Shown piece by piece: positions 14,732 through 30,454 of a stretch of DNA of 64,000 bases. The notes beneath the pieces were generated by a model. That model saw nothing but the letters and a program-made list of their open reading frames with translations, was not told the origin of the DNA and did no database searches. Each line of letters opens with the position of its first letter. Within the stretch, counting starts at the first letter, position 1. The translations under genes and the position numbers were made by a program. This DNA comes from the human T2T-CHM13v2.0 reference genome, Homo sapiens, in assembly GCF_009914755.1 (NCBI RefSeq), contig NC_060937.1, one strand, 5' to 3'.

Positions 14732-17700
14732 GACATACAACAAAGAATAACATAGATCGCAGGTACAAATTGTCACTCCATAACAATTATTTTCTTCTAG
14801 GAATTTTCACTTACATCTGATTTTTTATTAGATTAATCAAATTAAATCTAGAAAGGAATTTATATATCATATAGTTCTCAACATCCTCATTTTCTTTATT
14901 ATACACATAAGGAAACTGTGGCCAAATTAAAATGATTCGCTCAAGGCATCAGAAAAAAATTAAGAAGTGAACTAGATTTTGTGATTTCTAGATCAAATTT
15001 CTGTGCACAAATCTATATTTCCTCATATAATTAACAATGATTTATATTTTAAATGAACATTACACATTCTTACTACTGAATTGTAAAATTACTTTGAAGT
15101 TTTTTTACGTGCCTACAATTCTGTATTATATACAAAATCATGCACTTTTAATATTGGAAAGAACCTTACTATCATATAAATTCTAGTTCAACCCTCAGGT
15201 CCATTTAAAATCTGTCTCTAAAGTGAGTAAATCAGTGCTTTGAAATAACGTTTAATGTAATTCAGTTATTTGGATTTTATGTATTTGGAGGGAAACTTCG
15301 AGTTTGTAATTCTGTTTTTTGCTCTCCTTTTGTCTCCTTGTGCCCATTTTGGGGACACATCTTCATGTCACAAACTCCATCAGGGAAATTTTCAAGTGAA
15401 GAAACAGGAAGTGGAACTCAGAGAAGTCCAATTTTATTTGTTAATAAGTAGGAGGTTGAAAGCAATGGTTAAAATTGGATTTTTAAACTATCAGTAGATG
15501 TAATTTATTCCATCATGCTGGTTCCCTATTTGCCTTCTCTTTATTGCAGGTAATTGAGAATTAGTCACATTTGTTATTTTTAGCACTGCCTGATTTTGTC
15601 TGGAAATGGAAGTGAAACTATAAAAACAGGTAAAGAAAAACAATTTAAAGTCTTTAAAAATATTTTAAAAATCAGAATTCTTGGTTCAGTTAACTACAAA
15701 ATACTCGGAGACTTGGAAAAAGATTGTTTTAAGATACAAATTAAGTGACATTTTTGGAGTTGATTATTCTGGTTCATTTAGATAACTAAAATTGGGCTGA
15801 CTCACTGAAAAGAGCTACTTGCCACACATCCTCAATTAAGTGCATTGTTATTAAGAAGAGAGTTGGGGACACTCATTTCATTCATTTTACTACCAATGCT
15901 TGATTTTGAGGATGATACTTTTGAAGCTTTGGGATACTTATTTTTCCCCTTTAACCCTGAAATTTTACCCATTAACACAAACTGTGTTTTTCAGGATAAG
16001 CGCATTTAAAAATGTATTCAGTAGGCTTTTAAAGTTTAGGGTTTTTTTTTTTTTTTTTTTAAAGAGGGAGCTTTATATTCACAGATATCCTCAAAATGAA
16101 AAGTAGAGCTTCTAAAGCTATTTCTTTGTAAGGATTTAAATTCATTCACAGGCTGTTAATTTGAAGGGTATTTGAAGTTTAAATTATAATGCATCAGTCA
16201 TCCTTGAAAACCCAGGCAATCAATATACACAAATACAGAATTCTGTAAACATTATTTTTGTCCACAGTTCATTTATACATGCTTATAGAAATTACTCATG
16301 CTAAACTGCAATTTATCAAATCGCTGACAACAAAACAAATCACCCTGTCATATTATACTTAAAATGTCAATGTTTAATACTAACTTCTTTCTACATAAAG
16401 ATATGACATTTGATTGCAAGTACTTAGTGATACCAGGCATAGTGAGAAGGAAAAGTGTTTCATCTTAAGAATCACTATGCCAGTTAACAAATATACACAT
16501 AATAAATTACTATTTCCTACATTAAAATGATCTTCCAACATGCTGAGAAATTTAACACATCTACCAAGTGGAAGTTGTTCATATATCACCATAGAGATCA
16601 GAATCATCGCCTTTAGGTACACATACTTAAAATAATCGCAAAGCCGTATGCTCCCATTATAGATCTCTTTCGCTTTTTACACAAATGCATTAACCATGGG
16701 GCAATCCTCTATCATTGAAAATAGGTAGGAAGCACTTCTGAATAAATTACTTAAGAATAATGTGTATTACACATAGGCATTCATAGGAATTTACAAATGA
16801 TTTGGCAATGTATTTCAGGGAACTAAATGCTAAAATTTTGTCCATTCTGTTAAATTTTTATTTTAAGATTAGTTTTGTTTCTATTTTCCATTATCTTTTT
16901 ATCATAAAGTTATTCAGATCCTTCAGAGCACAGAGAAAATTTTCATAATTGAAATGGAAAAGTTATTCCTTTGGATGCAAAACATGGAAAATAATCTGAT
17001 TACATTAATAACTTAAAATGTTTAATAACTGATAATTGTAAAAAGGTAATGTTTATAATTAATGCGATATTCTTGGGGGTTATAAATGTCTTAGGAATAA
17101 AATTTGGAGCAGGTAGAGGTGTATTTTGCAAATGAATCACAATGGAGCAGAGAATCGATTTTAAATTTAAAGAGCCTTCATTTGCCTTTTAAAATATCAA
17201 CAGAGAGTCAACTGCTTTACCTTATTCTTTCATTTGTATTCCTACCTAGTTCCACAGCCTCAGCTTTTTCTAGCACTTCAATGTGAGACTCCCTCATATT
17301 CCCAAATGAGTATAGAAGGATAGGGCATATTTAGAGAGGCATGGAGTTTTCATGAAGTAGGAGCTGTTTATAACTTTCTTCCTAAAAATAAAAAGTGGGT
17401 TCTCACTCATGAATATTAGACTCCCTTTTATAGAAAAAGTTTTGCAAACTTATTCAGGACAGATGTTCGGACAGATACCAGTTTGCCTCTGAAGAAAATA
17501 GGGCAGTTTAAAGTGGGTATGTTCTTCAAAATTGCAAGACAATCACGATCCTCTTATTTGCAATTCTTCCTAACCCCAATTCCCATAACTCCTGAACCTA
17601 CAAATGTTTTCATTATTTCTTTGACCTCAATCATTTCTTTCTCTTTGATTTTTACATCCCCTCTGAACTGTCATTGGATAGTTGATTACCGTTTATTTTT

Positions 17701-18029
17701 ACTTTGAAATTTTAAATTTTCCTCAGTGCTTCAACCATTTGAGTGCAAACATCCACTTTTCATTTGAAAAATCACAGGACTTATTGCTCTTTGAAGAATC
17801 ACTAAGTCATAAAAAAAGCTTCATTTCTAGGATATATGTAAAATTATGACAATAGCTGACATGGTAATAAAAAGACCCTGTGGCATCTTCTGGTTTCTTC
17901 TTACTTTTCTCTTTCTTATGATTGATTCTAGGAAGAAACATTGTGCATTGAACTTCAAAGCTGAGATATGAGACTCTAGCTTACTTCTAAGAAATGCTTG
18001 ATTTCATACAAAACAGTAGTTATTTCTTT

Positions 18030-18323
18030 TCCTGGAATCTTCGAGATTCTCTCCTCATTCAGGCTTGGTATACAATCACTTGTTCAGTGAGCCTTCTTCA
18101 ACCCCAATCCAATCAACTCCCAGGCCCTGTCTTTCATTTTGTCCTTATCGCTATCATTACCTTTTATTACTCACTATTTGTTAATTTGTTTCTTTACCTT
18201 TTTTGTCCATTGGAACACAAGATTTATAACCAGAGGCATCATTTCTTTCTTGTTCGTTACTGCAAAGAACAAAACCCGCACAAAGAAGACTCTCAGGAAA
18301 TGCTGGCTGAATGACAGAATGAA
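18030..18323 (+). mobile_element. L2 LINE 3' end
   Basis: Ends actctcaggaaatgctggctgaatgacagaatgaa, a typical L2 tail. Confidence 0.65.
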
Positions 18324-19475
18324 CATTGATAAATGAAGACTTCTTCAAATAACTGATGCTAGACATCTCTAAATGTAAAACAATATTAATTAAAATATTA
18401 TCTTAATTTCATTTAATTGAAAACATGGAATTACATATATGTTAAGTCATTTTAGAAAGAAATGTTAGAATGTTAAGTGTTAAAAATGTCAATTCTGACA
18501 AGAGTCTAGATATAGCTAATTTGTTCTAGAATATTCTTAGTAATTACGTAGTTGATTTTGAATTTTTATTTCTGAATGTCTTCGGTATACCTACATGCTG
18601 GTGAAAATGAAGACATTCCTTTTTGCTTTTATAGTATTTGTAATTTAAACATACATTAATTCTTTAATGACCTTGGAGATAACTTTTGCAATCATTGTGG
18701 CTAGTCATTGTGCCTGAAGGTTTTATTTTTCTCTTTCTGCTGCTGAAACTAGAATGCGCCCTTGATTTCACACTCTTGCTGAACTGATACTTTTGTTCCT
18801 TTCCAGATATCAGAAATAACATGTGACCATGACATCATTCATCATTTTTCCATCAAAACATTTGAAAATAACTTGGATTCATTTATTAGAGCTTTATTTT
18901 CCCACATCTTGCAGTACCCTAGAGTTCTACAGTAATTAACCTTATGCTGAATGGCAGAGGACATGCACTAAGCTCCTATTTAAAATCTATTCATGATGCA
19001 TTTTAAATATTCAGTAGAGACTTCTTAAACATGCAGCCATAGTCTATTGAAAATGGATTTCCTAAAGCCAGGAGATTGGATATTAATATCTGGCATTCGT
19101 ATAAAGACAGGTTTTTGTTAACCTATTATAAAAAGGACTGATGATGTGATTATATACTGTTTACTAGCTCACTTATATTTCTGTGCTAATAATTACTGTA
19201 ACCCATTTGTTTAGTTTTTTTATTTTATTTTCATTAAGCATTGTTTTTAAAATTTTTTTATCTTAGCTTATGTTTGATTTATGTTTTTGATTGAATAAAG
19301 GTTGTTTGTTAATATAGAATCTGCTGTCATTTCGGTTTTATCTTTCCAAAGTAAAATTTATATAAAATGTATTAAAGAAATTCTGAAACTCCTGAAATGA
19401 GATATTTAAAGGCATTAGTACCTTTGCGCCTGTGGTATCATAGCCATTCTTATTTTAACATTTTGTGAAAATGTT

Positions 19476-19655
19476 GGCACCCAGGAGATATTTGGCAATG
19501 TCTGGAGACATTTTGGTTATCACGACTGTAGAGTGTGAACACATCTAGTGAGTAGAAGCCAGAGATGTATTAAATATCTTATAACACAGAACACCGCTCT
19601 ACAACAAAGAATTATTCTGCCTAAAATGCAAATAGTGCTGAGATTAAGAAACACA
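19476..19655 (+). mobile_element. MER20, 5'-truncated
   Basis: atttggcaatgtctggagacattttggttatcacgactg...acaacaaagaattat...aatagtgctgagattaagaaac. Confidence 0.88.
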
Positions 19656-19772
19656 AGTTTAGACAAATTAAATTTTAAAAACTTAGTGTACTCTTAAAAG
19701 CATAGATAAAAGAATGCTTACTTAATGTATTGAAAGTTTTTCAAAGAGTAAAGTATTTAAAAATGTCTTCTT

Positions 19773-20083
19773 GGCCAGGCACAGTGGCTCACGACTGTAA
19801 TCCCAGCACTTTGGGAGGCTGAAGCAGGAGGATCATTTGAGGTCAGGAGTTTGAGACCAGCCTGGCCAACATGGTGAAACCCCATTTCTACTAAAAATAC
19901 AAAAATTATTTGAGTGTGGTGGTGCATGCCTGTAATCTCGGCTATTTGGGAGGCCAAGGCAGGAGAATTGCTTGAGCCTGGGAGACAGAGGTTGCCATGA
20001 GCCAAAACTGAGCCACTTCACTCCAGCCTGGGTGACAGAGTGAGACTCTGTCCCACACTCTCCCCGCCACCGAAAAAAAAAAA
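19773..20083 (+). mobile_element. AluS-type SINE
   Basis: Full dimer (gaggtcaggagtttgagaccagcctggccaacatggtgaaaccc); C-rich interruption before the A tail; degenerate TSD aaaaatgtcttct / aaaaaagtctgct. Confidence 0.95.
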
Positions 20084-20099
20084 GTCTGCTGCTCAGAGG

Positions 20100-21450
20100 A
20101 AACCATGAGCAGTAGGGTTAATAAGAAATGACGTCATGAGTAATTGGAGAAGAGATTGCATAGGCCTTTGTAAAACATTCTTAAAAAATGGCTCTTACAT
20201 TGAATGAAGTGAGATATCATTATATACTATAGAGCAGAGGAAAAGCATAGTCTAGTTTATATTGTAACAGGATCCTTTGGCTACTGTGGTTGGCAGAATT
20301 CCAAAGATGTTTTCCGAGATTCTCTTCCCTTGGTTAGTCAATAAAACATGAATCTAGGTACTGCTGTGAAGGGACTTTGGAAAAGTAACAGGCCTTGAGA
20401 TAATGAGATCATGGATTATCTAGATAGATCTACCTTAATCACTTCAGCCCTTAACAGTAGAGACATTTCTCCTCCTGGGGTCAGAGAGATGTGGCAGAAG
20501 AAGGAGGCAGAGGAAGGATAAAAAGGGTGAGAAAAATACTACCCTCCCTTGCTGGCTTTGATTATCAAAGAAGGAGGGATAAGCCAAGTAAGGTGGGAAA
20601 CTTTTAGACATATCCAACTGAAAGCCAGCAAGAAGACTGGGAACCTCAGACTTCTACTGCATAGAACTGAATTCTGCCATCAACCTGGATGACCTCGGAA
20701 GCATATTTTCCCCTAGAGTCTCCAAAAGCAATACAATTCTGCTGACACCTTGATTTTGACCTAAACAGAGAACCAGCTGAGCCATATTGTCCTGGACTTT
20801 TGACTTATGAAAACTGTGAAATCATAAGTAGTTACTGTCTTAAGCCACAGATTTTATGATCGTGATTTCAGCTGCAATAGGAAACTGATACAGTTGCTGT
20901 GTTGAGAATTATAGACTCTGGAAAAGTAGGGATAGAAATAGGAAAAGTAGCCGGGAAGTTCATTAATAAACTGGACACAAGATGATGGCGGCCTTGAACA
21001 ATGTGTTGGTGATGGAAATAATAAGCATTGAGTGATTTCTGGATATATTTTGAAGGTAGAGTCAATAGGATGTGCTAAGGGATTGGAGGGGTGATGGAAA
21101 GGAAACAGAGAATACCAAGGAAGTGCTGAAGGCTCTGTCTGAGCACTTGGAAGGACAGAGGTGCCATGATTAAACTGGGTAAGACTGAGCATATTTTGAG
21201 GGAAAGATGAAGATATTGGTTATGGACATGTTCAGTTCTTGTTAGTCATTCAGTTGGAGATATTGAGTAGGCAGTTGAAAAAACTGGGGTTCAGGAGGAA
21301 GTTCTTGACTGAAGACATGTTCTTGGCAGTATATAATTGGTATGTCAAGCCAACATATAACCTAGGAAGTAGCTATAAATAAATATAAAGAAATCTAAGG
21401 AATGAACTCCAAAATTTAGAGGTCAAGGGGGTGACAAGGAACCAGACGAT
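20100..21450 (-). mobile_element. L2 LINE fragment interrupted by an MLT1 LTR
   Basis: Antisense L2 motifs ttctggatatattttgaaggtagagtcaataggat, tggacatgttcagtt, ggagatattgagtaggcagttg. Confidence 0.8.
20285..20892 (+). mobile_element. MLT1E-like solo LTR (ERVL-MaLR)
   Basis: TG...CA ends (tgtggttggcagaattc ... gcaataggaaactgataca); internal gaactgaattctgcca.caacctg; decayed 5-bp TSD gctac/gttgc. Confidence 0.87.
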
Positions 21451-21649
21451 ACCACTGTGCTGAGACAAATAAGAGTATATAGCTCGTGAAGATAGTTTTG
21501 TGATAATTAGAGAAACATTTGTAACTAGTTTAAATTTTTGCTATAAAAATTTTTATATAGGTTTGAAACAAATATAAACACATTCAATAATATCTAGTGA
21601 GAGTCATCTATTTTCAGGTAGAAAAATAATGCAAAAATATGTCTTTTTA

Positions 21650-22065
<416 letters not shown>

Positions 22066-25000
22066 TTATTTCTTGTCATTTGAACTTGTAATCATTTGAA
22101 GTATTACTTAGATCACCAAAAATTTAAAAACAAACAGGTTCAAAAATCTAATGACTTTCAAACAATCATCTAATTAATTTCTTTTTTCTTCCAATTATCC
22201 AGTATGTTAAGTCCTGCTTTGTCTCCATTAATATGATATCCTGACATCCTGCCAAGTCAGAACAAAGCTACCAGATATTAGCAAAATAAGCCATTAGGTC
22301 TTGGGACAAATGCTAAACTTTTCTAAAAAAAAAAAAAAAAAAAAAAAAGAGTTATTCATTCTTTGCCTATTTCTGTTAACTTTTTTTTTTACCATGTTAA
22401 AAGTGATTATTGTTTTTCTTGGTGAAATGGGAATCAATTATTTAACACATGTTTCACCTTAACCCTTTCCACTGTCATGATCATGAGTTGTTTTATACTT
22501 TTCAGCTGATTTGGGGCATAATATTGAAATCTTTCTTAGCACAGTATTCTGGGCAGCTACCAAAGACAGCTATCATGATTCAGAATGAAACCACTTGCCA
22601 TTTCTGTTGTTTTTGTCTCTCTTGAATCACCATCAAGGATGTGAAACATAAATACTTCTTCCCTATATATTGCCTAATAATTTGACAATACTGTCATGCC
22701 ACTGCATTTATCATAGAAATTTGTATCTCTAAATGGTAGCAATCTTCAGTGATTATCAATACTTTTTTATCAATTATCAATAACTTTTTATACTACATAC
22801 TTCATCCCCTTTCATGTTTCTCTAGTCAAAAATATGTATTTCTTTTTACCTTGTTTTTTTTTTGATACTTTAAGGAGAGTTATATGCCAAGTTTCACAGA
22901 GCATTATTAAATCACCCTTTTCATAGTTATGCAGGCATATATGTTCATTTTTGTTTATATTGCTGTGAAGGTGCAGAGCACTGGCTTTGAGGCTTCATGA
23001 AGATGAACACTCATGTGTTTTTATTCCTAAAATAAACATGCAAGTTAGAGTTAGTGAGATGAGCTCAAGACATATTTTTGGCGAATCATCAGGCTAAGAA
23101 TGTTCAGGGAGGGTGGGTTCTCCAGTCTTATCAATCAAATCATAGAGGAAGTAATTGGTTTGGTAGCAATTATGCTTTGGTTGGGGTAAATTGTGAATAA
23201 GTGAGTCGTAGCCATGTTATTCTGAAACTATCACTTTTTGTGGTTGAAAAACTGCACTTACCAAGCCACATCTTCTGGATCTAATATTATCTACCTACCT
23301 GGTAGTTTCCTTACCTATGTCACTTAGCACCACTGTGCACATGTTCTATATTTAATGAGCAATGCTCAGTCACATTGCAACCGGGCAGTGATAACCACCG
23401 GTAGGCATGCACTTTTGGTTGTTTCCAAGACAAAGAAGGCACAGAGTCTGGAAGACCTGGCCAGGACCACCACAGTATTCTATTGGTAGTACAACAGTAA
23501 CTCTCTCATTGTCCAGTGGTGACTAGCACACCTGTACACACACAGGCACACACACACGTACCTCTACTTATGTCCACACATGCCATTTGGTTTTCTCCCT
23601 GGCATCCCTTTGCCCTGGATTCTCTTGAAATATCCTGCCTTATTTCTCATATTGTATCATTCAAATAAAAAAAAAGCCACCAAAAAATCTCCACTCTATA
23701 GGAATAAGGGGCTATCAGGACTTTTTTTCCTTTGTGAATTTGAGTTAGACTAGTTATTCTCTAGAAGAACTGGTTGTCATACTCATCTTCTCAGCAAAGC
23801 CTTTTGTTCTCTCCCAGCCCATGACAGTCAGAGCATCTTCTGAGCTTTCACCACAGTCTGTTCATGCCTTTATGAAATTTTCAGTGATCTGTGTTGTTTT
23901 GGCTGTTTTGGCATGTAGAGATTAAGGTCTTGAATGAAGAGAAACATGAAATAATATCTAGCTAATGGTGCTTAATAAAAATTTCTGGAATGAATCAGGT
24001 GATTAATTAACATCTTTTTATTAGGATAATGGCAAAGAGTTAAAGACCCACTAATTTTATCTCAACTGAAACCCCAAATTCTTTGGAACATTGGTTGATT
24101 TCTGTTGGATCTGAGTCCAATGAACATATAAGGAACCTTTAAAGCTAATATAACCAATAACTTCCAGAAAACTAGCAGACTTGGGAAATAAAAGAAATTC
24201 TGTCTTTCATAGGAATTTTATGAAGGATATTTTGCAATAAAAATTATCCTTTTGGCTATTATAAAGACCAAGTAATCATTTATAAATCAAGGTAGGCAAA
24301 AGCTTATTTAATTTGGTATGCTTGGAAGTTAGCCAAATTAATTTATAAGTGTCACTCATCCTTTTGTTAATCCATTTTACTGACAAGTTTTGAAAAGAAT
24401 GTAAAGACATATCATCACTGGGTCACCTGTGGGCCATACTTCGCACTAATTGGAAAGATGGCTCACCATGAGTGAGATATTAAAACATGAAAAAGAACCT
24501 CTTATTTCAAGATATTCTTACTTATTTATTCTTAGTCATGCCATGCTAACAGGTCATTATATATCCTTTAATACCACCATTTTTCTACTCAGTGTAGAAG
24601 GTAATAGCAATCAAAACATACACTGCAAAGTAAACAGCAATCCCAGTTTCATATGGGTTTCCTTTTATCATTTCAGAGGAAAGGAATGTAGATAACTACA
24701 GTGATAAGACCCAAAATGGGAGAGAGATTACTATACATAGAAAAGCCCATTGATTAGAAGTTGTGGACAGCTTTATGATGACTATTTTTTAGTTTGAGGA
24801 TAATGAAAGTTTTCCTTGACCAACGACTGAATAATTTTAGAGTCTAGGCACAAGGCTTTAATAAACTTCATTAGTGGCTGTGGGATATATTTGACCATTG
24901 ACTCTTCTAGTCATGATTCAGTTTACTGGTTTACTTGGCTGAAATTGAAGTGTGTCTGGAGAGAATCTCCCTGGTAGCAATGTTTTTGCAAAATATTCAT

Positions 25001-25088
25001 TGCTTTAAACAAAACAACTATATGTTTCTGGGGTCCATTTGCAAAAAGAACTGTATAAGTACTCACAGTTGTCAAGACAGTTGCCTTG

Positions 25089-25700
25089 ATTCATTCACTC
25101 ATTCAAATATATTTATTGCATGCCCACTATGTGCTAGTTTTCTAAGCAGGGGGTCCACAGAATACACAGAAAACCGTATCCTCTTAGATTGTGCATACAT
25201 TTAGACTGTAAATTATGGCAAAATTAATTAAAAGGGAAAGGTAAATTTGTGGAATGTCAAATGGCAATAAATACTACAGAGAAAAATAAAGCAGAGAATG
25301 AGACAAGGAGTATTAGAAAACATGCTTTTAAAATAAAATAGTCTGGAAATGTTTCACCGAAAAAGTTACATTTTAGTAAACAGTTTGCAATGGAGTGTGG
25401 CATGTTGACACTAGTTGAGCATGACAGAGTGCAAAGCCTTCATCTGGAGTATATGTGGTGGGTTGGGTGTGAATAAGGAGGGAGGGGAGGGGCTGGAGCA
25501 AAGTGAGCAGTGGTAGGATAGAAGGAAGTGAAGTCAAAGGGGAAATGAGGTCTCAGTCTTATCAAGCCTTGTAAATCAGGGTAATGACTGGACTTTACTC
25601 AGGGTAAGCTGGGAGGCTATATGGGAGTTTTGAGCCAGAGGAATGACATAACCTGTCTTTATTTTAACAGGATTGCAGGATGATGTTTTGAGACATAGAC
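25089..25700 (-). mobile_element. L2 LINE 3' portion
   Basis: Begins attcattcactcattcaaatatatttattgcatgcccactatgtgctag (antisense L2 tail); later ggagttttgagccagaggaatgacataacctg. Confidence 0.8.
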
Positions 25701-28700
25701 ATAGATGGGGCTTCAATAGAAGCAGAAAGCCCTGTCTTGCATCCATCTGATCATTCACTCATTTGTACAACAAATACATATTCACATATACAGTGATTCT
25801 ACCTAGAAAAAGGAGAGGACTTTTCTATAGCTTTTACAAAAATGACTTGAATTTCACAAGTGAACCAAGTCCTAGAAAAGATACTTTTTTCCCTATTACA
25901 TGGAGAATTTCCTTTCCAAATGAAGGGTGACACATTAAGTTCTGGTGAATCTGATTGACTGATCTGAAGAAAACAAAACAAAATTCACAAACAACTAGTG
26001 CTTCAATTGGTGGTTTTATAAGAAGTGATTCTTTCTGAAGAAGAGGAGCACTGGAATTACTCACCATGTTTCATTTTTATAGATACACTTACAATAAGAT
26101 TGACATGTAATTTTTATATATTTTCTTAGAATTTTGAACATATGGATAGCAATTGCTGCAATACCTGTCCAAAAGAACAGGTAATGAGTGGGTTCGGGAG
26201 GCAACAAATGGGTTAATTGGGCAGGTTAGCTGAAAATACTCCAAAGATGCTCCTATGACTTTCAAAGTTTGTCATCAATGAAAAATCTATTTATGCGCTT
26301 TATGGGGTACATATTTTCTGTTGCACAGACCCATTTCTGTGCCCTAATTAGTCTGCCTTTTAAAGACATTGGAATTGATTATGTGTTTTTACATGTCCCC
26401 ACTGTTTTCACTGAGCATTAATCTTTTGCTTCGTCAAATAAAATATGTAAAAATCTTTGTACATAATTTTCACTTTTGTTAAAATTTTAAGGTTTCAAAT
26501 GCCACATGTCACTTTGAAGATTCTGTTTTATGAGCTGCTCCATATTTTTGACAATTTCTCAACTCAATTTTACTAGTAACTACTACCTTCTCTCTAACAT
26601 CCTGCTTTGTGAAGACATAAAGGCATTACTAAAAGCACTATTGGGAGCAATCTGCCAAAACCCTTACAGGAAAATCCCCTACAGAGTTTTGCTAATAGAT
26701 ATTTTTCATAGCTATATTTTATAATTACTAGATCCAAATAAGTTGTATTCTTTTTCCCAGAAATGGGCATTTATATATGAAGTACAGCGATTACATTAAA
26801 ACTAGTTTGGCAAATATTAATGAAATAACTTACTGCCATAATCATGGGGACCTGGAACTTGTGGGGAAATTTACCTCATGATATCTATTGAGGTGAATTT
26901 CTGCAGTAGCAATATTTCTGATAATTTACACTGCTCTCAAAAAGCACTATTGAAAGGTGATGCAGTTTATGATTTTTTCCTCTAATGCTTATTGAAATAT
27001 TCATTATTCACAGTGGGTGAACTCACTCTCAGTTTTTGCAATCTCTTCTCTTCTCCAATTCCTAATTTTCACCTCAGTCTTTTACATCTTAGGAAATGAC
27101 ACTGCCTTCTCCCTACTGCTGAAACAATAAATGTGCAAGTCATCTGTGTTTTCTTTATCTGTACTTCCTTCAAATCAATTCATCAGTAAAGTTTTCAAAT
27201 TTGGTAATATAAATCTTTTTTCCTCCATTTTCAATACTATCACCATTTCTTGAATTCTATCCTCTCTTATTTGGACTAAATCATGAAAGTGTTAGCTCTG
27301 TCTAATTGGTATTACCAATCCTCTATCCACTCCTCAACCAAGATGAAACAAAAAATTTTTTTAACTCACAATTTTTTTTTTCGTACATATTGATTTGAGG
27401 GTAGGGAGATAACCTAAATAAGATAACTTTATGTCCTTCTTAAAACTATTTGGCATGTTCCCATTTGGGGCTTTTAAACTTTTTATTTAGGGCTTCTTTT
27501 CAGTGCTCTTAATATAAGACTTCCTGCGGTCATAAACCTCATGCACAGTAAGTACTAATTATAATTCATAATATTAACTTCAGACTCAAGGTTAAAAGGG
27601 CTCTAGTCAGCATGAGGCATAAAATGAGATGGTGCCCGGTGATCACACAGGTCTCTGGAAAGAAAGAAGTTCCATTTTGACATTCAGAAGTAGATTCACT
27701 TGTTTCCATAGCTTGATTTTTAGATGATGTTCTTCAGGCCCCTTCTTGCTACATTATTCAAGCACACAGGGTCGTTTAGTTAGTTAATTTCCTCAGTGGT
27801 GTGGAGGTGTTGATGGAAGAAAGCCGATTGGAGAAAGAATGCATTGTGAGTAAAAGTAAAGCCTACATAGGTACACAAGTCGGAGAGAACCTGTGCACTT
27901 GGGGCCCATAATCATCGTGTATGGCTGAGACAGTGGCTCTGTTCAGGGTGGGAGGAACTGAGTGTTACTGAGTCATAAAGGGAGGGCTTTCTCACCATAG
28001 GAAGGAGTTGGGATTTTGTCTTGAAGCCTGTCGGGAGGCACTGAAGAATTTTATTAGGTCTACTGTTGATTTTCAAAGTCTGGTGGGTTCAATTTTTCTT
28101 CAGCGTTTGAAAACAAAACTCTCCAAAGCCCTTCTTGAAAATACAAATCAAATCCAATAGCTTTAAATCAGTGGAGATGAAACATGCCTTCAAACTTGAG
28201 GAAACTTAATGAGAATGAAGTTTGGTCAGAACACCACTTCCCGAAATTGCCTCTCCCACAACTTCAAGGTAATCATGGAATTTCAGGCTGTGGTAAATAT
28301 GAAGTAAAAATATTTAGTGATTTTTCATCTAATGTTTAGAAAGGAGAAGGATATGCTCAGAAACAGATAACTGTACTACCAATTAAAATTCTTCACCAAC
28401 AATGCATTAATTTATAAATCTAATATGATGTGGAAAATAATGTATGGAAAAGGATATATTTTTAACAAACTTACAACATAGATTTCTCCTTATCTCTATG
28501 TAAGCATCTTCTAAATAGTAAAGACATTAGTGAAATTAGATATATTTAAAACTAGGCATTATTTTTAAAATGTAAGTGAAAGATTTATAATTAGAGCCAT
28601 CTGTTGCATTTACTATATTTTGCACATATTTCAGGAGCACCAAAATAAAATAACAATCTCAAAACATTGTGAATGGCAGAAGCACATTAAATGAAGAATT

Positions 28701-29349
28701 AGAAAATGCACACCAAATATCAGACTCCTCTCTGAAATGATATATTCCTCAACTTTTAATATACAACCCAGAGCTTTTCTTTAAACTGTAGGAAGAAAAT
28801 TTAAAAAGTAACTAATAGTCATCTTTAAAAGCTCTTTGAATTTTTCCTCACGTTTTAAAAGACATTTTGAAAATATATATTATGAATAATATAAAAATAG
28901 CTTTGAATATTTGAAATTATTACATTAAAACTTTTGATTAGAGAAAACCAAGAAGAATTAGGATACTGAGGAACCAGATGTGTTTGACCCCAAGGGGATA
29001 CAAAGCAATTAAGCCCTACCTTTCTTTCCCTGAGAGCAAACACATCATCCTGGGTCTCTTCTGATCTGCATTTGTGAGTATCACATGTGAAATAGGATAA
29101 GTAGCTAACAATCATAGCCAGGATTATAAAAAACAACATAATTACAACTTTGCATTGACCAAGTAGCTGGAGTCAAGAAGAAATAAACAGAGGGAGAGAA
29201 ATGGTATCTCAGCTGCGGGAGATCTTAAAGATTTACACACATGGGAAATACTGGGAAGCTACATATGGAAATGAGAGCAACCCATATTCATTCATTACAA
29301 AAAATATGCAAATTATTAGGCATAAGGTGAATGGAGTTTGTAGCCTGAG

Positions 29350-29572
29350 CTGGTATAGTTTACTGAAAAAAAAGACAGGCTCGGATTTTAATCCTAACTC
29401 AACTTTTAGTTATTTTCCATAGTGTAATTACGTAATTTTTAGGTTGCTCCCTATGTTTATCTGTAAGACTGGAATATTAGTACCTCCCTTGGTGGGAATG
29501 GTTGTAAAGCTTAAATGAGATAACATATCTATTAGTATAGTACTAGAAACATACTTGGTGCCAAACAATAAA
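29350..29572 (+). mobile_element. MIR SINE
   Basis: Degenerate core atctgtaagactggaatattagtacctccct...ttgtaaagcttaaatgagataaca. Confidence 0.7.
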
Positions 29573-29631
29573 GGGTAGTCATTTTATTTTTTATTGACTT
29601 TGTATAGTGTATCCATTTAAAACTCAATATT

Positions 29632-29694
29632 TGTGTGTGTGTGTGTGTATATCTATATATATCTATATCTATCTATCTATCTATATATATATCT
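29632..29694. repeat. Compound (TG)n(TA/TCTA)n microsatellite
   Basis: Directly visible. Confidence 0.92.
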
Positions 29695-30454
29695 CCTGAA
29701 TTTCCATTGTTTCTAGGAGATCTTGAAAAGTGGAGTAGCAGGTCTGACGAGTGGTAACTTGCCATTCAGAATTATTTTATAAAACTTATCAGCAAAAGTA
29801 CTAAATGTTATATTATTGTATTGCATTGTTCTAGAAACATACAAGTATCTGTTCAAAATTGAATTGGTTAGAAAACAAAACCAGTGTGTGTTAAAAGATC
29901 ATTTAAAAATGCATGACTAAATTATCAATCCTCCATCAACCGACTTTATAAAAGAAAAAGCACATAAGTTATTTGAGCCATGGATTTTATCTGCACTATG
30001 TGAATGGTTTATATGAGGAATTTCCAACTCTTTTCTCTGGCCACATATAATTTTTTCCTTGCTTTATTTGATTCTTTTTATTTTTTATTATCCAAACTCT
30101 GGATTTATAAGTCTTTTTCCTTTAATATAAAACTCTCTTGTTCAAAAAAGTACTTTTAATTTTAAAATAAATATTTGCTAAATTTCCAGACTCTTTTTGA
30201 TACTAAATGAAGTAAATATCTTAAAATATATAAAACTAAGGTCAATATATGACTAAGGTCAATGAAGGAAACACATTAGTAAAGTAGATACAAGTATATT
30301 AGTATTAAGACTGATGTAATCTATACTCACACAGCATATATTATGCATTATGAGGTTAATTTTATGCATTAAAAGGTTAATTTTTTAAAATGTTGTCTTT
30401 ACTAGTCATGAGCACATGTATCACTGATGCCAATTTATGTCAACCTAAGGAAGG

